A stretch of DNA of 64,000 nt from the NCBI GenBank assembly GCA_964016885.1, contig OZ024743.1, forward strand, positions 324,570,001-324,634,000. The letters are read 5' to 3'. This DNA is from Eledone cirrhosa (taxonomy: Eukaryota). The notes beneath the pieces were generated by a model that saw only the letters and a list, made by a program, of their open reading frames with translations, was not told where the DNA came from and ran no database searches. Positions 26,857-41,082 of this stretch are shown piece by piece. Made by a program: the position numbers and the translations under genes. Position 1 is the first letter of the stretch; each line of letters begins with the position of its first letter.

Positions 26857-27401
26857 TTAATCTGAGAAGATACGCAGCATAGTGGTAAAGATTCTAGATT
26901 CACGATCGTAAGGTCTTTGGTGAGGTTTCAGGAAAGAGCAGTGCATTATGTCCTTCAGCATGACACTTAATTTCGTGTGTTTTTTAAATCCTTGCAGCTA
27001 AAAATAAAGAAGTAATAACATCAGCGAGGACTTAACTATGTGACGGACTGGCTTCGTGTTCTTTCAGTAGTTTAATAACCAACCAATGAAACCGGAATAA
27101 GCTCGATTATAATGAGCTTCTGGGTTTTAGGACACACTTTAACTTAAATTTCACTTTATACCACTAAAAGTGTTGGTTAGCTGCGAAATTACCTCCCTCA
27201 CACTATTAGAGATGAGGGTACTCAGCCTAATGGTTAGGGTGTTGGTTAGATTCTGTGACTGAGCAGTCCGTTGTATACTTGAGCAAGACACTATATTTCA
27301 CGATGTTTCGGTTCACTCAGGCGAAAAAAGGACTACATGTAGCAAATGCGACGGACAAGAGAAGGTTAGTCTTTAATGTACGGCACCTTATGTCAAATAA
27401 T

Positions 27402-27578
27402 TGTTTCTACTTTAGGCACAAGGCTAGCAATTACCCAGTACATTACTGGTACTTTATTTTATCGACCCCGTAAGGATGAAAGGCAAAGTTAACCTCGGCG
27501 GGATTTGAACTCAGACTGTAAAGGACGTAACTATGCTAGTAAGCATGGCGTCCAACCCTCTACCGATACTGCCAATTC
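27402..27578 (-). mobile_element. tRNA-derived SINE family A
   Basis: Near-identical to 15651-15829. Confidence 0.88.
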
Positions 27579-27677
27579 ACATTTTTGCCACATATCGCGC
27601 TCCCAGTCTTATTTACATCAGTTTATATATATATATAATATATATATATATAATATATATATTTGTGTGTCTATAAA

Positions 27678-28926
<1,249 letters not shown>

Positions 28927-29094
28927 TTATTACTCCAAGTGTTTACAACATAGGAATTACAGCTTACCCGCAGCATCACTATGAAAACGACTTGTTGAGT
29001 CAAACCAAGCCAAGCGTTAATATCATCCACTACCTGGAATACCATAACTGGACTATACCTAAGTGGACTGTATTTAACTATTATTTGTTACCCC

Positions 29095-29147
<53 letters not shown>

Positions 29148-29152
<5 letters not shown>

Positions 29153-29720
29153 AACAATACAATATAATTACCTCATCACCAGAGGTTTCCCGAATAAGAC
29201 GAATACGAAAAACGTCCTCATTCGTTCGTCGGATAAGGCAATTTAAAACATAGTGAAATATTTGAAAAATCTCCTCAAGAAAGGCAAACATTTTAACGGG
29301 CAAAAAAATAAATAAATAAAAGTAATGCAAGAGATATATAAAAAAATAAGGAAATATAGTTAGGGTTTGTGTATAAATGTGTGTATATTCACTCACAAAT
29401 GTACATATGTGTGTATATACAAATGTAACTATATTTCCTTTTTTTTTTATATATATCTCTTGCATTACTTTTATTTATATTTTTTTTGCCCGTTAAAATT
29501 TTTGCCTTTCTTGAGATTTTTCAAATATTTCACTATGATTTCAATTGCCTTATCCGACGAACGAATGAGGACGTTTTTAGTATTCGTCTTATTCGGGAAA
29601 CCTCTGGTAATGAGGTAATTATATTGTATTGTTTATTATACATTAAATTTAGCTCTGGCACTTACATAGAGCACTCTTCACTCCTATGACTTTTTCAATT
29701 TTCAACGGAAACTTCAATAC
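29148..29720. mobile_element. Head-to-head inverted pLTR pair of the PLE family at 15585-18555
   Basis: The minus copy 29148-29415 and plus copy 29426-29720 match 18325-18555. Both HHR cores read CCGACGA. Confidence 0.85.
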
Positions 29721-29736
29721 TTTATATATATATATA

Positions 29737-29851
29737 TAGGAAAAAGTATGACCCCGACGGCAGAGCTCAAGCCGTTTCGACGGCTATTTCTGGACCAGAA
29801 ATAGCCGTCGAAACGGCTCGAGCTCTGCCGTCGGGGTCATACTTTTTCCTA
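29737..29851. repeat. 115-bp palindrome (57-bp arms, 1 mismatch, 1-nt centre) built from the 3' half of an HHR
   Basis: TAGGAAAAAGTATGACCCCGACGGCAGAGC...TCTGG-A-CCAGA...GCTCTGCCGTCGGGGTCATACTTTTTCCTA. Confidence 0.9.
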
Positions 29852-29921
29852 TTACCCACTCTACGTATTGAGTACTCTGGTGCGTTATGATCCATCTGGT
29901 TCCTTACCACAATTCCTTCGT

Positions 29922-29952
<31 letters not shown>

Positions 29953-30129
29953 AAGAAGTCTAAGTCAACACGTTAAAATTTACTTCGCTTACATATACAT
30001 TCCTCTGATAAAGGATTTAACAATAAACGCCAGATCCTTTCATATTTTTACTGTACACACATTGTTCAGATTTGTACCTTTTTTGTTTTAATTTCTTTCA
30101 CTTTCTGTTTAATTTGTTTTAAACCAGTC

Positions 30130-30417
30130 ATTTGCAACCTGGCGCTCGCGAAGCTTTCTGAATGGCTCGCCTACGTCACCTAAGTGAAATCTTCCTGATT
30201 TTTCTACCCCAACTTTTCAGTCGTAATTTATCTTTCTATCTTTTTTACGACTGAGGAAAACAACATGTACGGATTCTGAAGAAACAAATCAAAACAAACT
30301 GAGTTACCACCCTTTTTTTTAATGTGGCCACGAATGTAAATTAGCGCTTGCGGCCCGCCTGATGATGAACCATATTTCATGCGGCCCACTTCTCGAAAAA
30401 AAGGTTGCCCATGCCTA
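30130..30417. mobile_element. hAT-type non-autonomous transposon end
   Basis: Repeated TGCGGCCC subterminal motifs and terminal AAGGTTGCCCATGCCT, as in hAT/Charlie-type ends. The left end was not identified. Confidence 0.45.
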
Positions 30418-30706
30418 TTTTAAACTCTCACATTGTATTTATTTGCTTACTTGTTCTGTTGCGTCGTTATATATAATTTTCATTTTGCTATTTTTTTGTG
30501 TTATTTCCCCTTCCACCAAAATTCTGGTCTTGTGCCATTGTTAGAAAGGAGTATATTATTCATGCACGCTCTACCACCATATTTATAGTCCATGTCGGAT
30601 TTACTTACTCGAATATGTAGTTGTCTTTCCTTGTCGATTGTGGACTCAGATTCAGCTGGAACTATTATCGCCATAACTTTTCATTTACCTGAATAGTTAC
30701 CCTCGT

Positions 30707-30813
<107 letters not shown>

Positions 30814-31201
30814 GTGAATCACCCCCCGTCAGTTATGGCAGGGTTTACACAAAAACGTTCCTCACCAGGAGAAGTGTTTTTGTGGAATTCAATCCGTCGT
30901 CCATGCATGCCAGTCTCCCCTCTCTACGCCATCGATGTTGTCCAGAGGCCAATACAATTTGGTGCTCATTTTTCCAATGAATTGGAGTCAATGAGATGTA
31001 AAGTGTCTTTATTTTGCGGGATCTTCTGAAACTCGGAAGATCCCTTAAAAAGGTGAAAGCAGCGATTCTTTGCTTAAACCTTAATCTGTACAAGTAATAA
31101 ATACTTGCTCTACGGGTTTTATATATATATATTTTTTTATATAATCCAAATATTTGACCCCGACGGCAGAGCTCAAGCCGTTTCGACGGCTATTTCCGAA
31201 C

Positions 31202-31405
31202 TCATTCTTGCTCTTATGTTGGCATGCGAACAGTTCTGTTCGCATGCCAACATAAGAGCAAGAATGAAGTGTTCATTCTCCTAACATGTCTATAAAATTG
31301 AGGCTAGTTTGCAAAACTGCAAACGAATCGAATGTTATTATTAATATTCTAAAAACTCAGATTACATTTATCGTATTCAGCCATGTAGAGCGAAAGTTTT
31401 CTTTC
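31202..31405 (+). mobile_element. Truncated copy of the 438-bp HHR family with a perfect 5' fold-back (32-bp arms, TT loop)
   Basis: TCATTCTTGCTCTTATGTTGGCATGCGAACAG-TT-CTGTTCGCATGCCAACATAAGAGCAAGAATGA, then homology to ~18960-19135. Confidence 0.85.
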
Positions 31406-31859
31406 TTTATATATATATATATAGTTCAATGAAACGACAAAACAGAGGTACAAAAAGTCTTATTAGTTTCACGGTTTATATGGAATATATGTGTACATGC
31501 GTGTGTGTGTGTTCGGTTCAAAGAACATCTTGTAGTGAGCAAATTAGCAAAATAATAATAATAATGACAGGTAGAAATGGTGAGCAAATGGCTTGCGGCA
31601 CTGCAGAAAGGAAGCCTGTCCTAAAAGATAACTTCTGAAGAAAATATATCGTGAAATCATTTTACTGCAGACACACACCTACACAACACACGCACACATG
31701 CCCGCACACATAACACACACACGTGCACACACGCGCGCATATATACATATATATATACATATACACGCACACATAACACTCACAAGTACACACACATCCA
31801 GACACCTCCGCACCCACATGCCCCTACACCCCTGCGCCCACACACCCACACATCTACAC

Positions 31860-31896
<37 letters not shown>

Positions 31897-31966
31897 CATA
31901 TATGTATACATACATCTGTACACACACTCACACATACAAACCCACACCCACACACACACATGTATG

Positions 31967-31997
<31 letters not shown>

Positions 31998-33136
31998 GTA
32001 CAATCAACCGTTAAATCTACACAAGTATTTATCATTATGTGTGTATGTGTGAGAACGTGTGTTGTAATGCTCTATGACCAAATATTTAAGAAGTTCGCTT
32101 CACAATCATAAGGTTAAGACGTTAATCCCGCTGCATGGCCTCATGGGCAAGTGTCACACACCATACCTTTGTAAATACAATTAGGTAGGCGGAAACTGTG
32201 TAGAAGCCCATCATTAAAATTGTGTTTAGAGCACACGTGTTTATAAAATGCTTAGCCACATGCACATTAATTTTACGAGCAAGCTGTTCCATTGATGAAC
32301 AACTAGAACACTCATCGCCGAAACCGACAGAGGTCCATTCCGTATACATACATGTGTATGTGTGAGTGTGTATGTATGTACGTGTGCCTGTGTGTGAGAG
32401 AGTGTGTGTTATGTATTGCATGTTGTGTGTGTGTGTGGTTATCGAAATTGGTGCTAATGCTAACAAAACTCATACATGGCCATTCCTTTACGTTGATCAG
32501 ATGTTCGGGTCACTTCGACCTTTTGCGACTGACTATCAGAATTATCAGCCGAACCTCAGAGAAAGCCTCCACAAACTCGTCAGTGCTAGAAATAGCAGCT
32601 AAATCTCCCTAAAACCACGCCCTGCTCTATTATATATGGAAAGGACATGCTAGATAACGTATTTCTACATATACAGTGGAGGCGCATGGCCTTATGGTTA
32701 CTATGTTTTTGATCGAGACACTTCATTTTACGATCCTTGCCTCCCCTCAACTGAAAAAGTGTACTAGCAGTAGCTGGGGGTTAACTCTGCGATGGATTGT
32801 CTTGTACCCTCAGTTCTAGTGGTTAGTGTGTTGGGCTTATAATCGTAATGTCGTGAATTCGATTCTTTGACCGGGTGGCCCGTTGTGTTCTTAACCAAAA
32901 TAGTTGCACATTCCTCTAGTCCACTCATCCGAAAATGACTACCAGGATAACAGTGTGATGGATTGGAATCCTATCCATGGGTAGGTCTTCTCTGTCGCTT
33001 AAAGCCAATGAAAACAGAGATAATCACCAGCATCAGGAGCCTTTGGGCTTGGCTTCTGGCTAAATAAGATATCGATTTCGAGCAAAAGATTTTAGGGTTT
33101 ACATTTGAGTCCTAATTTTAAATATAATTCAAACGA

Positions 33137-33168
<32 letters not shown>

Positions 33169-33214
33169 ATGTATGTATATATTATCTCTTTCTCTTAATT
33201 TCGAGTATATTCTT

Positions 33215-33847
33215 TTGACCGGCCACCTTCCTGGTGGCAAGGTTGTAAAAGAGAAGAAATTGTCATCCCTTGAATCGCAAGAATGTTTTGCAAATTTTGA
33301 AGGTGCCAGCTATCGCAGCCATTTGTAGACTATGAATTAGGGAGCTGCGCTCTTTGTCCGCAAATCCAAGTTCAGTCATACTTTGGTCCAAGCGGGTTGG
33401 TATATAACCCGTAGCTCCAATAATGATGGGTATGAAGCTAAAGGTGTATCTTGGATACTGGATTTGTAAACTCCTCATCAATGGTCCGTAGATGTCCTCC
33501 TTCTCCTCTATTTTTCTGACAACGTTTACATCAAGTGGGCAGCTGATCTCCACAACAGAATACGTTTTCAATGTGTGGTCCCAAACAACAATATCAGGCC
33601 GGTTGTGCTTTAATTTGGTGGCAGTTTTTATTTTCAGGTTCCACGAGTATTCCTTAGTGCTATCTGTCTCAATATATTCTTCCTCGTTTGTTGTTAATTT
33701 TGTTTTCCGAAGTGCGTTCCAGATGGTTCTAGCTATCCCATCGTGTCTCATGGGGAGGTAGTAGCGAGATGACATTCTTTCGCAGCTGGCAACAATGTGG
33801 CTTACATCTTCGATCTTTGTTTTACATTTATTGTCAGCTGATGGCCC

Positions 33848-33848
<1 letters not shown>
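33215..33848 (-). mobile_element. R4/Dong-type non-LTR retrotransposon 3' fragment (zinc knuckle remnant + restriction-like endonuclease)
   Basis: C..KIEDVSHIVASC...RHDGIA...HNRPDIVVWD...VVEISCP...KIEEKEDIY..L...IPIIIGATG (PD-(D/E)xK-type). The 3' UTR is shared with 37915-37956. Confidence 0.88.
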
Positions 33849-33878
<30 letters not shown>

Positions 33879-34565
33879 TGTATGTATGTATGTATGTATG
33901 TATGTATGTATGTATGTATGTATGTATATGTCAGGTCGCTCGCGAGTGCTACTGGTAATATGTAACCCAGTAGAACCTGTATCATGGTCGGGTCGTCGGT
34001 GACTAAACCGGCAAGTCCACCAAACTTGCTTGGTGGAGAGGGTGATATTTGAACACCCTGTGGAATGAAATGTAAGACCCGGTAAAGGGTGGAGGAACTC
34101 AGCAGAGTCAGCGGCCATCCAAATAGTAGTTTTTTTTTTATACGGAGAGGTTAAACTCCGAGACATAAAAAGCCGAAGGCTGTCGTATTTTCCGTGATAA
34201 ACATTTGCACCCAAGATATGTGTCGTCAGTTCCAAAAAGTGTGGTTGGTCCTATACAAGCCTGCACCACTTAAAACAAAACTTTGTGTGGGTAGTTCAAC
34301 ATCAGTTCACTTTCTCACATTTAACTTTTGTTGGACACTCATACGCCGGATATCGAGTCCACCATATGAGGAGATAAGGGAGCTTTTACATTATGTTAGT
34401 AAAATCGTATTTGTGGAATGATTATGTAAACATTAGGGATAGACAGCTTACCAAATATTTTTTTCTCAACGTGATTAATGGAATGTCTGATATAATATTT
34501 CAGATGTTAAATTCTCAAGTATGATACAAGTCCCATGAATTCGCGGAATAAATTAGTATAAATTA

Positions 34566-34924
34566 TTATATTAGGGAAAACGGGGAAGAATTGAGGAGAT
34601 ATTTGAAGAGAGATTTATTTGATTAAATAATCTAACACGTATTTAATCACCGGTTATAATTGCCTACGAGAGTTGAATAGTTATATTTTTTCTAGTCACT
34701 CACCCGTCATACGTCTATTATCGGTGAATCCTCAGAGAATAAAGGTTATTATTCTCTGAGAATAATAGACGTATTAGGAGTTAGTGAATAGAAAAAATAT
34801 ATAACTATCCAGCTCTCGTAGCCAATTATATAACCAGTGATTAAATACGTGTTATAATAATTATATAATCAAATAAATCTCTCTTCAAATTTCTCCTCAC
34901 TTGTTGCCTGTTTTCCTTAATATA
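34566..34924. repeat. Diverged inverted repeat with nested central hairpin
   Basis: Arms ~34566-34721 and ~34762-34924. Inner hairpin CTCAGAGAATAA-aggtta-TTATTCTCTGAG at 34731-34760. Confidence 0.8.
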
Positions 34925-34932
34925 ACAATAAT

Positions 34933-35113
34933 TTTTCTACTTTAGGCACAAGGCCATCAATTACCCCAGTACATTACTGGTACTTTATTTTATCGACCCC
35001 GTAAGGATGAAAGGCAAAGTTAACCTCGGCTGGATTTGAATTCAGAACGTAAAGGGCTATAACTCTATGCTGTAAAGCATGGTGTTTGACGCTCTACCGA
35101 TACTACCAATTCA
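34933..35113 (-). mobile_element. tRNA-derived SINE family A
   Basis: Matches the family consensus. Confidence 0.85.
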
Positions 35114-35628
35114 CCACCTTATATAACAATAATGATAATTATACACACACACACACATGTATGCATATACATATATATACATATATGTATGTATGTATAT
35201 ATGTATGGCCATCCAAAATCACCGGGAGAGATGACTCCTTAGCCTTTGTCAAGGCAGAATTCTAGGAGAAGGAAAACTCTGATATAACACCTGCAACCCT
35301 GATGGTATCCAATGATGTTGACTTGTTCTTCTTTTTGGTAAATATCATCTTGGTTAAGAGAGTGGGACTGGCTTTGTGCAGTGCCTTTGCTCACTATAAA
35401 AGCTTCACGGCACAGGCATTGCTTTATATCTGGAGATCTCTCTGCACTTGTCGTCACATGATACCATGGGCCCGGCACTATGTGTCAATAATTGTCACAA
35501 GTGTAGTGTTTGTACCAGAGTTTTCAAGTCGCTGGCTGGACTAAAAAGTCACACTCGTTCAGCGCATCGGTAGGGGTTCTCCTACATGGATATAAAGTAG
35601 TGGCCGTACTCGAAAACGAGTTGGCAGC

Positions 35629-35705
<77 letters not shown>

Positions 35706-35849
35706 TGTCATGGGAAGTAATGACGTTAGGGAGAGAAAGGTGTACAGAGTGGAACCGCCTATATTTATACACATGTGTCAGACAACCAGTGTGGGAGGTG
35801 TGGTATGACTTACTCGTCGTATTTTCATTTCACCTGATACTGCCAACAA

Positions 35850-36528
35850 GGACCCTATGTTCCTGAATATCATGATAACAAGAGATGAGACATGGGTGTA
35901 CGGGTAGAACCCGGAAACAGAAACTTAGACATCACAGTGGAAGCTACCCAATGTTACCAAAAAAACCCCCCAAAAACAAGTCAGATGCGAATCAAAATGA
36001 AGGTGATGCTGACTGTTTTCTTCAACTACCGAGGCGTTGTGCATCACAAAATATACACCAGAAGGACAAATAATTACAAAGGAGTACCACCAGGAAGTCC
36101 CCCACCTCCCCCGATGTCTTCGGGATGAAGTTCTGTGCATGAAACTGGATTTGTGGGCTTCACAAACTTGGCAACTGCATTATGACAATAACCCCTCTCA
36201 TTACAGGCAGCTGATCGAATGTTTCTTGGCAAAGGAAGACATTTCGCTCATTCACCAGGTTCTCTACTCTCCAAACATGTCTTCTTCCGACTGTTGGCTG
36301 CTCTCAGAAATGAAGATGTCATTGAAAAGCTCTCACTTTGAGAGCCGAGAAGACGGCAGAATTGAAAACCATTCCAGAAAATAAAACAAATAAAAAAAAA
36401 CTTTAGTCGTACTTCGGACATTGGAAAATAACTGGACCACTTCGAAGTGGATTAGCAATTGAACCTTACCGAATACGCCCTCCCTCAACCTCATCCTAAT
36501 GCTGGATACTTTTAAAACAGACCTCATA
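35850..36528 (+). mobile_element. Mariner transposase relic (D,D34D catalytic domain) with right TIR
   Basis: IT.DETWVYG, KVMLTVFFNYRGVVH, WQLHYDN.PSH and YSPNMSSSDCWL across frameshifts. It ends in GGATACTTTTAAAACAGACCTCA-TA. Confidence 0.88.
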
Positions 36529-36674
36529 TATATTTCCTATGATGTTAAATATATTTTAACGAAGCTAGTTTTCGTCTTGTGTATTGGTCTTTCTGATATT
36601 GTTTCAGGAATTCTTGTTAATGATGTTCTTTGTGCTACATTTAGCTTCGGAATTTAACAGACATGTTATATAAC

Positions 36675-37010
36675 CCGTGGCTTGGTGGTTAGAGTGCTGG
36701 GCTCACGTTTATAAAGTATCATGTTCGATTCTTGGACCGTGTCGCTCGTTGTATCTTTGAACAAGAGACGTTATTACAAGTCTTTTTTTTTTTTTAGTTG
36801 AGTTAGCTGGCAAAAATGAGTTGGATATATAATTTAAAAGGCCAGCTTTGTCACACACTCTTTCATGCTTAATCTCCCTGAGTACTATATTAATTGTACG
36901 TGCGTTTGTGGAATACGCAACCACTTACACGTTTATTTCACGAGCAATCTGTTCCGTTATTCATAAAGCTGAAACACTCATCGTCGGAACTGACGGAAGT
37001 TCAATACATT
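36675..37010 (+). mobile_element. SINE family B
   Basis: CGTGGCTTGGTGGTTAGAGTG...GTTCGATTC...; the body is the reverse complement of 13800-14015. The 3' part is shared with 32250-32340 and 48400-48505. Confidence 0.75.
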
Positions 37011-37189
37011 TCTAACCCTAGGCCAGCCCAGACTGATCAAAATAGTTTCAGTCATTTGAACGTAGGGACATGTTGTGTCATTGCATATCTAGGATTGCAT
37101 TATATAAAGTGCTTCTCCCTTGTCGAGGCGATAAAGGCGTAATTTGAGGGTCCTTTGGCTGCTATTTCTAGCATATCAATTGACTTCAA

Positions 37190-37301
37190 GGTGGTGGTGG
37201 TGGCAGGTAGATGTGGTAGCAGTGGTGATGGAGTAGATCATATAGTAGTACCAGCAGTAGCAACAGCAATAGTGGTGCTAGTGGTGGTGGTGCCAGTGCT
37301 G

Positions 37302-37350
<49 letters not shown>

Positions 37351-37487
37351 CCCCAGCAGCAGCACCAGCAGTAGTAGTAGTAGTAGTAGCAGCAGTAGCA
37401 GCAGTAGTAGTAGTAGTAACAGCACCACCAGCAGCAGCAGTAGTAGTAGCAGCTGCAGTAGTAGTAGTAGTAGTAGTAGTAGAAATG

Positions 37488-37533
<46 letters not shown>

Positions 37534-37577
37534 CACCAGCAGCAGCAGCACCAGCAGTAGTAGTTAGTAGTAGTAGC

Positions 37578-37636
<59 letters not shown>

Positions 37637-37703
37637 CAGCAGCAGCAGTAGTAGTAGTAGTAGTAGTAGCAGCAGCAGTAGTAGTAGTAGTAGTAGTAGT
37701 AGT
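37190..37703. repeat. Compound (TAG/CAG/TGG)n trinucleotide microsatellite
   Basis: Visible directly in the sequence. Confidence 0.95.
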
Positions 37704-37914
37704 AAGGAGACGGTTGCTATGCTAAATATGACATCTCCGAGATGGAATCATTTTTCGCTCTAAAAATAGCAATCGTCTTTATTTTGATTATTTAAACAAC
37801 TTTTTTTTTAAATCAATACATTTGTCTCAATAATATTCTATATATTGATACTAATTCTTGTGTAAAACAACTTCATTCTAACACATCTTGTCTCGCTCTC
37901 AATTTTTAGTTTAT

Positions 37915-40255
37915 TTTTGACCGGCCACCTTCCCGGTGGTAAAGAGAAAGAAATTGTTGTCGTCGTCGTCGCATGGTTACGCGTTCTTTATTACAGATAC
38001 CATTATAGGATATGTTCTCATCTATCCCCAGGTATCTGTAGCAGTCCTCATCAGATATCGGTGAAACAGTTAGACCATTGATGACAATGTTGCTAGATTA
38101 GGTTGTTGTTTTTCCCCACTTTACAGTCATGTATGAGCATTTATCTTGGCCAAACTCCATTCCTATATCCTTTGAGAACGTTGTAACCAGGTCAAGATTT
38201 TTCTTCATCCCATCCATGTTCTTGGCATAGAGTTTCAGATCGTCCACAAAGAAATTATGGGTTAGGTTCGTATTTCTGTCCTTCTGTGAGCCAATGATGT
38301 ATCCCTCACATTTCTTGAGCAGAAAGGACAAGGGGTTTAATGACAAGATGAACAATATCACAGAGAGACTGTCCCCCTGAAATATACCCCTGCAATATTT
38401 TATTTTATCAGTGAAAATAGAGTCCTCCCTCTCTGTCTTTAACCTTAGGATAGTAACCCAAGAAGAAGACAGCCTCTCTATGGCTCTGATAATAATGTCT
38501 GGGACTTTAGCAAGTTGGAGGGCCTCTATCATCCAAGAGTGGGGAACAGAATCGAAAGCTTTCCTGTAGTCCAGCCAGACTGTAGTCATATTCCTCCTAA
38601 GTTGTCGCACCTCCGCCATCGCAGTTTTGTTGATTAGGAGTTGTTCAGCACATCCCCAAACCCCTTTCTTTCCAGCTGCTTGTTCATTTGTGATGATGTT
38701 ATTATTTTTACAGTGATCTTGGAGGAATAGGTTCAGGCAGGCTATATACATCTTATACATCAGGTTCTGGCATGCAATGGGTCGGTAGTTTTTTGCCAAG
38801 TGGGTGTCTTTTTTCTTGGGGACCAGTAACGTTTGTGCTAATGTCAACCATTCTGGTATAAGTGTATCTCCCTTAAGAACTTGTTGGTAGAGGTCAGTAA
38901 GATACCTCCGATAGAATATTAGTTTTTTGTACCAGTAGCCGACAATCATGTCTCTTCCTGGTGTTTTCTTATCTTGGAGTTTTCCTATCACAGTCTCAAG
39001 GGTACCCTCACTTATTTCGTATGTTTTTGTTGTAGTGTAGGAGCAATAGTTCTTTCGGATTTCTCTTAGCCACACTGCATCTTGGTTTAAATTCTTCTTT
39101 TCACCCCATATTTTTCTCCAAAAGGAATCTATGTCTTTCTGGGATGGGGCCTCAGTGACACTTATTATTTTGCCCTTCATATCTCTATAGACTGATGTTT
39201 GGTTTCGTCTGAATCTTTTATTAAGCACTTTTCTCTCATCTACCTTCTTCAGGTATCGCGTTTTTCGCTAACAGCTCTCAATTCTTGTTTGAGGGTGATC
39301 AGCTTATATTGGAGAGTTCTGGTTCTACTGTTACCAAACATCGTCTCTATTTTATTTTTCACTCTTTGTTGGTGAGGAGTGAGGTTTTTTTGTGTTTGTT
39401 TGCATGTAAGGAGCATTGTCACATGTCCTATGTTTTTTCGTAGGTCAGCACTCTTTTTTTCTATTTTAGTTATATATGATGGTATTTTTGGTGGTGTTTT
39501 GTTCTTGTTAATATCTCTGCTATCACCAAGATAATGCTTCACTGTCGTTGGCATATAAACAGGCGTTGATTTGCCAAAATGTTGGGATTTTTATCCGTCG
39601 TAAATATCCATCCCTTATTTCGTCAATAACACGTAATATTTCATTATTTGTTTTTTTTATTAAATATTGTTGTTTAAATACGTTCAGCAAGAGAGATATT
39701 TATACGCGAATTAATTTCTCTCTGGGAGATTTCGTTGAGAGAAATTTTCAATTGTTTATACTTTTGATAATTATCATTATCGATAGTATTTTCCACAATA
39801 GTCGAGGTAGACTCGGATGGTACACGTGGTGTCAAATTTCTTTGATTATTATTTCTATTTCTTCGACTATTATTATTATCGATATTGTTTTCCCCAGCAT
39901 TCGAGGTAGACTTAGATGGTACACGTGGTGTTAAGTTTCTTACAGGGATAGTTGTTTCAAGGCACTGTTCAACTTGGCTGCTAGGAAGTCTAGTAGCATG
40001 GCGACCTGTAGCACGTGTTGTTGATCCCATATTTGTTGTGGGGGACTTACCATTAATAATATTTATCTTATTTTTACGTTCAACAAACGTGGCTTGTTGG
40101 CGTAATTGTTTCGCTGTGAAATAACTTAGCTCTGGGTGCATTTCGTCCCAATGTAACTTCATTCTGTTCATATAGCCAATGGAGGGATTGTTTTTTGTCA
40201 TTTTATAAAAGTTAAATAAATCATCATTAAGTTCGCAACTCCAAGAGAAATACGA
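37915..40255 (-). mobile_element. R4/Dong-type non-LTR retrotransposon, degenerate, N-terminus + RT, internally deleted for thumb/endonuclease
   Basis: GYMNRMKLHWDE..P...KQLRQQA N-terminus. RT motifs NYRPIAC, GCAEQLLIN, WLDYRKAFDSVPHSW, GIFQGDSLS, FFVDDLKLY, IGMEFGQDKC, YRYLG. The sequence then jumps to the 3' UTR. Confidence 0.9.
38098..39228 (-). pseudogene. Reverse transcriptase domain of the R4/Dong-type element
   Basis: 376-aa open segment with RT motifs, bounded by stops and frameshifts. Confidence 0.9.
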
Positions 40256-41082
40256 TTTATGTATGTATGTATATTTTCTTCCGGTTTTATAATTTCACAA
40301 ATTTTTATCAATAGAGAGAGAGTCGGTTTTTAACATATACAAGACTCTCTCATTGGAATTTACACATCAACTAGGTAGATATGTATGTATGTCTACATGC
40401 ATGTGTGCAGGTATAGATGTTATTGTATGTGCGGATGTGTATTTTTTGTGTTGTATGTATACATGTATGTATGCATGTATGTATGAATGCTCCCAGAACG
40501 AGGTTTGAAAGAAACTCTTACCCGTGGAGAATGAGAACGTGTATGTATGTCAAAAACTGGGCTACTAAGCCGTCAGACATTATACTCATAGAAATAACAC
40601 CTTTGTGTACCCCCATACACCTTGACTTTGCATATGGCATCAGCAACAAAATGTGTCACTCTGCATGTGGGCTAACACAGCACCACAAGGCATGCCATGC
40701 CAACCAGACTCAAGCAGGTGTGAAACTTAACTGCACACTGTGTCACTTCCTGGTTTAATGAGCCACCTAAGGCGGCATCAGCGACGGCAACATCAATGAC
40801 ATGTTTTTAGAGTTGTCTATATGTCTATTTTTTTCGCTCTAAGAAGTGACCATACTCGGACTAGGCTTTCCGTCATTAAGTAAGTATGTATGTATGAGAA
40901 GGTGCATGAAGATCCTGAAGTTACCGATCAAACTGCGTATTATGTAGTTACCTATTAAAAGGTCCCTAACTACCAACACCAGCGCTAATTATACGCAAAT
41001 TACTACGTCCTTTTCAGATTAATACTAAGAGTGAATGGGTATATAAGCCCGTCAAATTCCTTGTGATTGTTCGGGTGATATA

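Noticed and set aside
37155-37763. 202-aa Val/Ala/Ser-rich ORF
   Set aside because: Translation of a (TAG/CAG)n microsatellite.
38046-38054. CTGATGAG on the minus strand as a hammerhead core
   Set aside because: It lies within RT coding sequence (SDED) and has no stem II or GAAA partner.
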